A stretch of DNA of 63,513 bases, the filler included, from Craspedostauros australis (Eukaryota), in the NCBI GenBank assembly GCA_030167865.1. It is 10 parts of 10 records of this genome, joined end to end, with 100 filler letters (N's around TTAATTAATTAA, not from the genome) between each part and the next. Parts side by side here need not be neighbours in the genome. Positions count along the whole stretch, not along the records: positions 21,645 to 30,718 come from JALAGF010005999.1; positions 30,819 to 51,995 come from JALAGF010006000.1; 8 more parts are not named here. One strand, given 5' to 3'. Of this stretch, positions 25,676 to 35,881 are shown one piece after another (position 1 is the stretch's first letter; each line of letters begins with the position of its first letter). The position numbers were made by a program, and so were the translations under genes. The notes beneath the pieces were generated by a model that made no database searches, was not told the DNA's origin, and saw nothing but the letters and a program-made list of their open reading frames with translations.

Positions 25676-27217
25676 TCAGCCNNNNNNNNNNNNNNNNNNN
25701 NNNNNNNNNNNNNNNNNNNNNNNNNNNNNNNCCACCGCCGATGATGAGGACAGCCACGATGACGATGGGGACCATGTTGGTGCTTTTGTTCGGTGCTGGT
25801 TCCTGCTGCATCGTCAGCTTTGTGGTGGCGGTGGCGGCCGTCTGTGCCTCAATGTCGACAGAATGCATGCTTGTGGTGTTGCCGGTGTCCTGTTCGACCA
25901 CGTTCTTCGGATCGAGATGCTGGCTGGATCCCTTGGAGGGTCCGATGGATTCTTTTCGCGTGAGCTGCTTGACTGATGGATCTTGATTGATGGTTTGCTC
26001 CGGATCAGTTGTGGGAATCATGGGAGTGATGGATATTTCGATGGAGTTGGTGCGCGAGACGAGCTGGGTGGGCATGTCCTCGTTGGTGTCGTTGGTCTCG
26101 TTGAGGAGGATGGCGGAATGAGTGGATTGGCTTTTGTCCAAGACCACTCCAGCTGAAGCGGAACTGCCGCTCATGAGGCGATTGGCGGATGTGGAGATGT
26201 AGGTTGATGTTGGGTCTTTGGTGGAAGCTGGATCCTCACCATCCATGTCCATATCCATGTCCACATTGCTGTGACTGGATTCCTTGGAAAGGGAGTTGGT
26301 GGAGTCCTGGTTGCCGTGGTTGCTGTTGGATGAATTGGAGGTGGCGGCCGTGCGCTGGGTGCCGTCNNNNNNNNNNNNNNNNNNNNNNNNNNNNNNNCCG
26401 GAATCCCCATTGGAATGGGCACCGAATTCGCCTGGCTTGCGTTTGTTGACAGTTCTGGTGGATGGTCGCTCCGTCTCGTCACCCTCCTCGCCTTCGACGA
26501 CTGGCTCCAATCCACCTTCCTGGCGGATGGAGGACATCCTCTTGGCGGCGGAGAAGCCGAAGGATGAGCCCCCGTTGGAGGAGGCGTTGGGGCTGCCTCT
26601 GGCCGGCTGGGACGTCCTGGACGGCGCGGTGTTGGTGGTGTTGGGAGATGTTCCGATCGCGCGTGGACGCTGGTCAGAGGTGGAACGGAATTCGTCACGA
26701 AAGGAGTCGTCTCGCATGGAGTCGTCCTCGTCTGTGAACTCGTCGAAGCCTCCATCGGTCATCTTGTCGNNNNNNNNNNNNCCCGCCTCCTCATCGGAAC
26801 ACTGGCTCTCGATGTCGTCATCATCATCGTCGATGATGTGGATGTCGTCATCTATCTGCTGCGTGTTGGCGGCGGCACCCGCGCTGACGTTGTGACTCTG
26901 GCTGTGACTGTGACTGTGGCTGCGACTGCGGCTGTTGGCGTCGGCACCCTCATCGTCGTCGCTGTTGTCGCTGTCAATGTCGTCATCCAGGCCTTCGTCG
27001 AAGGGCTCCTCGTTGCTGTCCACCGCCCTCCTCGCGCTGATGGAGTCCACCATGTCAGTGTCGAAGTCCTGCTGCGAGTGCATGGAGAACTCTGCCTCAT
27101 TGTCATCGCTGACACAGCCTGCTGCTTGCCGCCCAGTGTGTCCATGTACTTGGAGGTGTAGGCGGAGGCGTAGCCGGTGGGCGATGATGCTGCCGATGAT
27201 GCTGCCGATGACGACAT
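25676..27217 (-). CDS. Acidic disordered protein with a single C-terminal transmembrane helix, copy 2; 1-bp frameshift near 27110 (pseudogene or downstream start at 27083)
   Basis: The copy-1 ATG corresponds to 27217. Relative to copy 1 (tcatcgcngtacacgg), copy 2 (tcatcgctgacacag) lacks one base. Copy 3 spans the N gap and gives the end MVPIVIVAVLIIGGGIAAGVVxAG-stop; the equivalent TGA is at 25676-25678. Confidence 0.62.
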
Positions 27218-28764
27218 GGAGCTTGGTGATGGCGCAGAGTTGCGGCCGTACTGGTGACCGGTCTTGCGTTCAATGCCGGACGTGGAGGAGGAGGACCGTG
27301 AAGCCTTGCTGGTGAATGGGAATCTGTTGTTTTCCATCAATTTGTGTTGTTTGTGTTGTGCTGCCTCGTTCAATCCTTCAATCCCTCAATCGCACAATTC
27401 TCAATGTTGATTGCTGGACGTCCAGTGGGCGGCCTGTTGCGACGAACATGATTGCCGATGGCGCAGTATCCAATGTCCGATGTCCAATGTCCAGTGGCGG
27501 ATCTACTCTCCCTCTCTGTGCAGGGATCATATTGAGGCAACGGGCTGATGCAATGCGATACAACAATGTGGTTGATGTTGATGATGGTATTGCCGTTGCG
27601 ATTGTTGCGCCTGTCAGAGGAAATGGCCGTCGGTAGTTCTCAATCCACGACGGAAAAAAGTGCCGGGGATGGTGATGACAGTGAGTTCGTTGCCACCACC
27701 ATGCACGCGATGCAGATGGCACCAATCATCCTCTTTTGATGCATCAATGATGCCATTGCTGCCATTGCTGTGATTCTTCTGGTTGCGGCTGTCTCTGTGG
27801 TTGGGCGATCAATGAGTGAGGAGCCAAGTCAACCAGCCGATAGTGTTCGAAGTCTCTCTCTCGAAGCAGAGAGAGCAACGAGAGAGAGAGAGAGTGTTGG
27901 CATACGTACTCTGTGGATAGACACTTGATGGTGACAGTGATCATCATGTGAGCGTTGCGGTTGTGATGATCTTCATCAGTATTCTGCAGCGATGTCTGCA
28001 ACGCCACCGCCATCACCATGGCCATCGTCATCGCCACAGAACGAATCCTCTCACACACGCTCCGTGTTGATCAACAGACTGATGGTTGATTCATTCGCCA
28101 CAGAATTCGCAATGATTGAGTGAGGCGAGATGAGTCCTGGATACGTTTGTTGTCGATTGAAACACGAGTGGTGTCATCATCATCCTCACCACAAAACAAG
28201 GAGAAACGCCTCTGATGTCCACCGAAGAAGTCGTCATGGTGGATTTCTCACATCGTGGATCTACCCATTGGAGTCTTTCGACGACATCCAACTGCCAAAG
28301 TACATAGAATAGTATGCATTCGTATGGCATAATGGTTGACTCCCCCAAGACCATCACAGAGGGATGTGCCTACTCATATTACACGACCTATGGTATCACA
28401 CGGAGAGGCGCAACTGCACAGCGTGGACAAGTTGGGCATCATCGAAGGTCGTATCGTGTGAGCGAGCGAGCGAGCGAGCCAGCTAGCTTCGGATCATGAT
28501 GTGAACATCCACAGTCGTACCACACCACACAATACACAGTGGTGGAGCTGCGCAAGTCCATGCAGGCGTGTTGACTGATGGTAGATCCCTTCGTGATGAA
28601 TGCACAGGATCATGACATGGAGGACAGCAAACTTGAGCAGATGAGCTCATAATCGCCATCCAAGCGCAACTGATTTGGGACAACATACTCTGTCTGCTCT
28701 GCTGTTGTGCAACCAACACTATCGACAGTCCCCACCATAACCAGCATCGACAACACATAGCAGG

Positions 28765-30087
28765 ATGGCTTTCAACATGCATGATGACGCCAACACCAAT
28801 GCCAACAGTGACCATGATCCGGACTTCAAGACTTTCTGGAAACGGCTTCATCAGAAATGGTGGGTCCCGAAGACCGTGTTCACTCCGTGGTACCCACGAG
28901 CAGAGCAGATCGACTGTTACAGTGTCACACCCAGGCGGATGGAACACTGGGACATGGCCATCGAAGCGGGATTCACCTTTGCTGACTTGGAATCGATGCA
29001 GCGGTGCTACAAACACGTTACTTTATCACCTCATGTTCTACTGAGCGGTTCGTTTCGCAATGAATGCGGGCAGATGGGCATTCGATCCCTGTATCTGAAC
29101 TTCGGCACCATTGACCAATTCGGAGAAGAAGACAAGCAAGCGATTCGCTTCGTTGTTCGGTTGGCTGCCCAACACCCACTCAAATCTCCATTCGACACAG
29201 GCATCTACTTGACTCAATGCTTCATGAAGATGAAGCAGCTCCACGATATCCCTCTTGTGACACATGATGTGAATTTGTATTCATGTGATCTTGTTGGTTG
29301 CGACAAGCTCATGTTCAACATCTTCCAAAACTCGAAATACGTTATGTTGAATGTCTGTGAGCTTGCCAATGGGGGCGCTGATTTGTGCAGACGGCTATCT
29401 CCAAACAATTGCAGTGTCACCGAAGTATCATTTTTATCCACTCGTATCACTTGCGATAGCTTGGCAAAGCTACTCCAGTCAAACAAGCGCATCAACAAGC
29501 TCAACATCATGTTCTGCCAGGTCTACGACGGACAAGAAATCGACCAGATCATCCAACTCCTTTCAGATGCATCACACCTGAAGAAGCTCAAGGTTTCCGA
29601 GATTTGGAACAGGCCATCGCGACAAGAGCACATGACAAGGTTCGACACTTGGATGTCGCTTCTGGGAAACAAGAGCTTGTCATCTCTCACATACTCGGAC
29701 ATGTTGTATCCCGGCAGGTTTGAGCTTCCGTCTGAGACCCTCCCAGCACAAATGGAAGCACTTCAGCAAGCCTTGGAGCAGACTACCCAACTCACCTATC
29801 TCGACATTGATCCACGCTCGCCTGGCGAACATGGCCATGTGTACAATGCACTTGTTGAACGCACCTTGCGGCGGAACCATTGGAACAAGGTGAGAGCAGT
29901 GTTGTGTTCCCTTCCTACATGGTCGCGGCCACTGGCCCTGTTTGGAGAGATGCTGATGAGAACAAGCAAACATTGGGATTCAATGGGTTCCACGAACGAA
30001 ACTTTCCATCTTCTACTGCAGTGCAGTGACATGTTGAAACAGACATGGGACGATCGTCGTGCCGATGAGCAACGACAGAAGAAATAG
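28765..30087 (+). CDS. RNI-like leucine-rich-repeat protein, copy 2 (440 aa)
   Basis: Colinear paralogue of 23871-25229 with an intact ORF. Confidence 0.72.
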   Translation: MAFNMHDDANTNANSDHDPDFKTFWKRLHQKWWVPKTVFTPWYPRAEQIDCYSVTPRRMEHWDMAIEAGFTFADLESMQRCYKHVTLSPHVLLSGSFRNECGQMGIRSLYLNFGTIDQFGEEDKQAIRFVVRLAAQHPLKSPFDTGIYLTQCFMKMKQLHDIPLVTHDVNLYSCDLVGCDKLMFNIFQNSKYVMLNVCELANGGADLCRRLSPNNCSVTEVSFLSTRITCDSLAKLLQSNKRINKLNIMFCQVYDGQEIDQIIQLLSDASHLKKLKVSEIWNRPSRQEHMTRFDTWMSLLGNKSLSSLTYSDMLYPGRFELPSETLPAQMEALQQALEQTTQLTYLDIDPRSPGEHGHVYNALVERTLRRNHWNKVRAVLCSLPTWSRPLALFGEMLMRTSKHWDSMGSTNETFHLLLQCSDMLKQTWDDRRADEQRQKK

Positions 30088-30526
30088 CGCTGCAGCGATA
30101 AGATCATGGGCCTTCAATGAAAGTGGCAGCCAACTGGCCACACTGGTGAAAGCGACGGAGCTTCTGATTGGTGTCCACAAAGCAAAGAAAGGTGTATCGA
30201 TGATTGATGCGATACTGTATCACCTTAAACGACTGTAGGACAACTGCTCTCATCCAAATCCACTGACTGCAAGCGAATCGAGTGTGTGTATGTAGCACTT
30301 ATGTCCATGCCAGTGCGCGTTCCTGCCAAGATCACAACAGTGATACATCCACAATGACGAGAAACCACACAGCGTCAACACCAAACAAAGCAACGAGAGT
30401 CACGATGATACTATAATACGATACTACTATTTGGGATACTCTATCTCCGNCGATCGGCATGCTTGACTTGCGGTCAACGAAAGTCAGAGGCGTCGGCAGC
30501 GAGAGTCGCAAAACAAAACTGATGTT

Positions 30527-30718
30527 TCAGCCCGCCANCACGACGCCTGCTGCGATGCCACCGCCGATGATGAGGACAGCCACGATGACGATGGGGACCA
30601 TGTTGGTGCTTTTGTTCGGTGCTGGTTCCTGCTGCATCGTCGGCTTTGTGGTGGCGGTGGTGGCCGTCTGTGCCTCAATGTCGACAGAATGCATGCTTGT
30701 GGTGTTGCCGGTGTCCTG
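30527..30718 (-). CDS. Acidic/TM protein, copy 3 (C-terminal end only)
   Basis: DIEAQT...MVPIVIVAVLIIGGGIAAGVVxAG followed by TGA at 30527-30529. Confidence 0.6.
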   Translation of the reverse strand, partial: QDTGNTTSMHSVDIEAQTATTATTKPTMQQEPAPNKSTNMVPIVIVAVLIIGGGIAAGVVXAG

Positions 30719-30843
30719 NNNNNNNNNNNNNNNNNNNNNNNNNNNNNNNNNNNNNNNNNNNNTTAATTAATTAANNNNNNNNNNNNNNNNNNNNNNNNNN
30801 NNNNNNNNNNNNNNNNNNGCAATCGTGCCAACACCAAACCCTT

Positions 30844-31027
30844 GATTTATTTAGACGTCATTCGAATTAAATAGACGTCATTCGATTTATTTAGACGTTA
30901 TTCGAATTAAATAGTCGTCATTAGATTTATTTAGACGCCATTAGAAATAAATAGTCGTTATTTGATTTATTTAGACGTCATTCGAAATAAATAGTCGTCA
31001 TTAGATTTATTTAGAGGTCATTCGATT
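30844..31027 (+). repeat. 20-bp tandem minisatellite (~9 units; alternating GATTTATTTAGACGTCATTC and GAAWTAAATAGTCGTCATTA types)
   Basis: The 20-bp period is directly visible, with a 40-bp higher-order alternation. Confidence 0.92.
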
Positions 31028-32119
31028 TTTTTCACGGGACACGCCACTTGGCTCAACTGACTAGATCGACTAAGCAAAGCTCGTGCCACGTCACGATTGA
31101 TGAAATGGAAACAGACCAACAAACAGGGATACACAGACGGGATTCGATGAGAGCAACACATGGCGNTCGCGCGTTCGTTTGGAATGGCCAAGCCATGCAA
31201 ACCACTTCACAACATCAAGTATCAACGTAGTGTAGCGAACGCGATACAGTCGCAATACAAACCGATGCACGCATGTGTTACTTCCTACGTCGCAGTAGAC
31301 CAGTGTGATGGCATGCTCGTTTCGTCTGTTCTGCANNNNNNNNNNNNGTATCAGTGAAGGTGTCTCTTTGTTCGAAGGGTAGTCACATTGTATTTCTCTG
31401 TGCATTGCTCACAAATCCTGCTGTTCGCCACAAACAATCGCCATGAGATTCCCCCCGCCCCACGCTTCCTCCTTCCAACAAAGCAAAGCCGCTGGCATGA
31501 GCGGCAGCCATATCATTCCAATGGCTCTCTCCCGCTCCTCTTCTTCCAATACAGTACCAAATGNNNNNNNNNNNNNNNNNNNNNNNNNNNNNNNNNNNNN
31601 NNNNNNNNNNNNNTTTCGTCTGTTCTGCACTTGGTTTTGCGGTATCAGTGAAGGTGTCTCTTTGTTCGAAGGGTAGTCACATTGTATTTCTCTGTGCATT
31701 GCTCACAAATCCTGCNNNNNNNNNNNNNNNNNNNNNNNNNNNNNNNNNNNNNNNNNNNNNNNNNNNNNNNNNNNNNNNNNNNNNNNNNNNNNNNNNNNNN
31801 NNNNNNNNNNNNNNNNNNNNNNNNNNNNNNNNNNNNNNNNNNNNNNNNNNNNCAAATGGACAACAGATCAGAACTCTTCGAGGTTGACCACGAACTCTTT
31901 GCACAGTCTGCTTCACATTTATACAATCGTAACCAAAATAAAACGTATAATAGACAATAACACTCCAATTCCACACTCGTCTCTGTTGTGATCCGTCCAG
32001 AGCAGGGCAGAGCCGAGGAGAGTCACCATTTTGTGGTCTGCTTGTGTGACCAAGCGCACTTGATTAGTTCGATCACTTCCCGACCTTGTCTTCTTGGGTC
32101 ACGAGTGACAAACTTGTGC

Positions 32120-32250
32120 GATTCATTTAGACGTCATTAGATATTTTTAGACGTCATTAGAAATAAATAGTCGTCATTAGATATATTTAGACGCCATTTG
32201 ATTTATTTAGACGTCATTCGAAATAAATAGTCGTCATTCGACTTATTTAG
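32120..32250 (+). repeat. Second array of the same 20-bp minisatellite (~6.5 units, same orientation)
   Basis: Units ATTTATTTAGACGTCATTCG / AAATAAATAGTCGTCATTAG as in 30844-31027. Confidence 0.92.
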
Positions 32251-33142
32251 ATTTAGGCGCTGATTGTCATCGGTATTGACGGGACTCGGTCATTTGGGCC
32301 ATCGGCATCGATGCCTCGTTGTATTTGTCCGAAGTAGGACCAACATGATGTCTCACTAAGTTCTTCGAAAGGAGGTTCGTTCTTCGCCAATCGCGGAATG
32401 TCAATTGAGGCTTTCTTGTGTCTGGTGACAAAATCGTTTTTCGATGTCGAATTAGTCGTACTAGTCGAGTTTCCGTCTCCGCTGCTTTTTGCCGGGTGTC
32501 CCTGCATTGTGTCGTGATTGACTCGTGATTCGTGTTTGCTTCGATGTTCTTCCGTTTCAGTCCTCGTGACAATGATGTTGTTGGCCTTCCGTCCTTGAAC
32601 CGTGTGCATTCCAGAAACCTCGCCACAACCAACATCACGCGGACAACAGTACCTTCACTCCGATCGGAGGCCACGCGATGTGGACATCCCCTTGATGCCA
32701 TGTCCACGGACAAAGCGCAACCCCCTGCCATCTCCCATCTGCCGAAGGCACACGCTCTGGCGTCTCCGCAGGGATCTTTGGACAAGTGAGGTGAAAAGCG
32801 AAATGTCCCAACCAGGCCAGAGTCAAAACGTGGATCTTAAACACTTTTCCGTGCTGGTTGTGGCGGAGCTCGATGCCAACACAGCGTGAGCGCGACCAGG
32901 ACAGGACCTTGGCCACAGCCATACTTCGCCTCTCAGGTCTCATGACATCGTCGTACACCACACGACGATCAGATCCTATGCGCAAACATCATCCTGCGCA
33001 ACCGCAACAAAAGCACATCACGATCGCATAATCGATCGCAGCCAACCGCCACATAAAATCCGCACAGAACCCACATCAAATCAAGGCCAAGTCGAAGCCA
33101 AATCAAAGCCAAGTCGAAGCCAATTGAACGAGAACATCCATC

Positions 33143-35143
33143 ATGCACCTCACTCTCGCAAGCCTCGTGCTGGGCACCTTCGCCCTGCCCTGTGCTGCTC
33201 AGAGCATCTACGGGCATCTCAGCCAACGGAATGACACCACCAGCTTCAAGACTCTTGTTGACGCGGTCGGTGCGGATCTTCCGATGGCTTTGCGCGACTT
33301 CCAAGCCACCCTCTTCGTTCCGACAGATGCCGCCATGCAAAACTTCGACGGCAACATTCTCAACGATCTTCTCAACGACAGCGACTGGTATGATCACCTC
33401 GCCGCCTTCGTGAATTACCACATCGTGCCTGCCGGAACCATCCTCAGTGCCGACATGACCGCCGACGATACATACTTGACCCTAGGCGCCGAATTTATTA
33501 GCTTCGTCCCTGATTCTCCCGCAATGGGTGACATCACTGTTCAGAGTGGTGACGCTCGGATCAGCATCATCGACTTCGGCGCCAACAATGGAGTCATGCA
33601 CTTCATGGATGGCTTCCTAACGCCGGCCTGGATGAGATTCAATCTCCGCGAATCCCTCGGCTTGAATGATCGATTTTCCAAGTACAAAGAGCTGGCAGAG
33701 CTGTCAGGTTTCACCGACATCCTCGACAATGAAAATGTCACCATCTTCCTGCCAACCACCGCAGTGCTCGATGGATTCTTCGCCACGGATCATCCTCTCA
33801 AGGACTACTTCCAAACCCCGCGCGGTGCTGCCGCTCTCCTCGCTCACCATGCCACCATGGGCGTGCGCGGGACCCGCTTCCTCGAAAATGAAGCCAGCTT
33901 CGAGACTCTCGATGGTGTGAAAATTCCGATCACAGTCGTCGACGAAATCGACACCATCTTCGTTGGCAACGCGTGGGTGTCTAGCGTCGACTATGCCAAA
34001 AACGGTGTCATTCACAGTATCGAGGATGTGTTGGTGCCTCCCACAGTCATCGATTCGCTCAATGCAAGGACTCCCAAATACGAAATCTTCGCCACTCTCC
34101 TCGAGGCGGCGGGTAAAAAGGCGGAGCTTGAAACCACCTTCAACTTCACTCTCTTTGCACCAACCAACGATGCTCTGGGTCAACTCGATTCTGCTCTCGT
34201 CATGAAGCTGCAGACTCCAGAGTACGAGATCCATCTCAAATCGATCATCGATAACCACATCATCTCTTCCCAAGAAATCCTGTCCTCTGATATCCAAACA
34301 GGCACCACGATTGTAACGGATGCCGGCAAAACCCTCACGTTCACAGCCATCAATGGTTCAGTTACCATCGACAACATGAGCGAGATCATCGAAGCCGATA
34401 TCAAAGGATCCAACGCATACGCCCATGGCATCAACGCTGTCCTGGCCCTCCCCTGGATGAACGAAACCATCAGCAGCGTCCTTCTCACCACCGGCAGCCA
34501 CGACACCCTGCACAGCCTTGTCATGGCCAGCGCATCTGCCTCACTCTACGACTCCGGCGGGCCGTTCACCTTCTTCGCTCCACCCAATGATGTGATCACT
34601 GCAGCCAAACAGAACTATGAGGTTCTCAGCAACGCTGGCCTCCAAACCCCGGAAGTGTTGGATGTCATCATCAAGTCCCACATCGTGGAGGGCATGTGGA
34701 CGTCTGCGATGATCGTGGCTGGAGGTATTGGCGAGACCACGTTGACTGCCATGGCCGGCAACAACTTGATTGTCGGGTATGATGGAGAGAACGTGACCGT
34801 GAATGGATACGCTGTCCTTGTGCCGGATGTCCTCGCTACGAACGGTGTCGTCCATTCGTACGGCAGCATCATCGTGCCTAGTGAATTGCCGTTGCCATCC
34901 AATTCACCGACGGCGTTGGCATCGGCGGCCCCTTCCATGACACCAACACTTACGGCGACCCCCTCCATGGCACCAATAGTTACGGCGGCCCCATCCATGT
35001 CACCAACACTTACAGCGACCCCCGTTCCGACCTCCACTCCGACTTCCGCTCCGACCTCGTCTGCGATGCCGGGAGCCTCTGCGGTCGCATCGTTGCTGGG
35101 TGCCACTGTTATCGGGATGGCACACCTTGTTGCCATTCTTTGA
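33143..35143 (+). CDS. Fasciclin (4x FAS1) cell-surface protein with signal peptide, Pro/Thr/Ser stalk and probable GPI signal, copy 1
   Basis: Signal MHLTLASLVLGTFALPCAA. FAS1 H1/H2 motifs TLFVPTDAA..NGVMHFMD, TIFLPT..NGVIHSIE, TLFAPTNDA..AHGINAVL, TFFAPPND..NGVVH. (APSMxPT)n stalk and hydrophobic C-terminus. Confidence 0.93.
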   Translation: MHLTLASLVLGTFALPCAAQSIYGHLSQRNDTTSFKTLVDAVGADLPMALRDFQATLFVPTDAAMQNFDGNILNDLLNDSDWYDHLAAFVNYHIVPAGTILSADMTADDTYLTLGAEFISFVPDSPAMGDITVQSGDARISIIDFGANNGVMHFMDGFLTPAWMRFNLRESLGLNDRFSKYKELAELSGFTDILDNENVTIFLPTTAVLDGFFATDHPLKDYFQTPRGAAALLAHHATMGVRGTRFLENEASFETLDGVKIPITVVDEIDTIFVGNAWVSSVDYAKNGVIHSIEDVLVPPTVIDSLNARTPKYEIFATLLEAAGKKAELETTFNFTLFAPTNDALGQLDSALVMKLQTPEYEIHLKSIIDNHIISSQEILSSDIQTGTTIVTDAGKTLTFTAINGSVTIDNMSEIIEADIKGSNAYAHGINAVLALPWMNETISSVLLTTGSHDTLHSLVMASASASLYDSGGPFTFFAPPNDVITAAKQNYEVLSNAGLQTPEVLDVIIKSHIVEGMWTSAMIVAGGIGETTLTAMAGNNLIVGYDGENVTVNGYAVLVPDVLATNGVVHSYGSIIVPSELPLPSNSPTALASAAPSMTPTLTATPSMAPIVTAAPSMSPTLTATPVPTSTPTSAPTSSAMPGASAVASLLGATVIGMAHLVAIL

Positions 35144-35881
35144 TTTGATCCCGGTTTCCTGGAACGTTTCAGTATGGAGAAGCACATCGTGGTATTGTCG
35201 TAAATGAACTATTCTATAATCGCTATGAATGACAACGTTCTTTCATCGCCTTCACCAACAGCCACTCCAGTTCATATCGCAATGGCGTTGGCGGGACGTG
35301 ATCTGTCCAAGAGGACACGCACGGTCCAATCTCGTATTCGTCTTGCGGCAACTCGGAGCAGAACAGCTGTTTTCGATCTGCTTCAAGCTGTGCCATGCAT
35401 TCTACGCTTACTTCAGAAGTCATTTTGGGATCCGATCACCATGACGGCAGCATCAGATGTGGAGAGAGAGGTTAGTCTGGTTCCGTTTTGTGATGTTGTG
35501 TGTCATCTTGCTTCCATTCGGGAAGTATCCTGTTTGATTGTTCGCTCCGGGCGACTACCGAAATCCGCCAATGAGATCACACACCAGTTCACCCATCATG
35601 GACGCATCTTCCTGTTCAGATTTGGGGGAGTTTCTCAACCATCTCACTGTTCGCGATTGGAAATGTTTCTCACCAGGGACATCAACGTCCCACCACACAC
35701 ATCGGCGGCAAGAACTTTGCCTCCCAAACACAACAACACAAACCCAATCTGCACTGCTGAAGCCATACCGACACTCGTACGGGTACAGATACCAAGCCGC
35801 GTGGTTACAAAATGAGGTCATAAAACCAACTCGGAGGCAGGTCAAAGCCAATGCCAAAGGAGTTCAAACAGCACCCCAACG

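Larger units (their letters stand above)
21645..30718. repeat. Tandem segmental duplication with a ~4.9-kb unit (acidic gene, shared promoter region, LRR-like gene)
   Basis: 21645 aligns to ~26584 and 25224-25681 aligns to 30082-30531. Parts of three acidic-gene copies and two complete LRR genes are present. The copies are diverged, so this is not a simple contig overlap. Confidence 0.9.

Noticed and set aside
23871..30087. Diversity-generating retroelement acting on the LRR genes
   Set aside because: No template/variable repeat pair or DGR-type RT is visible. The RTs present are Copia, and the variation includes indels and non-adenine changes spread over the whole gene.
31024..32119. Transposase remnant between the 20-bp arrays
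   Set aside because: Some Cys-rich fragments are present on the minus strand, but no recognisable catalytic motif, and much of the segment is N.
30844..32250. CRISPR array
   Set aside because: The 20-bp units are contiguous with no unique spacers, no cas genes are present, and the context is eukaryotic.
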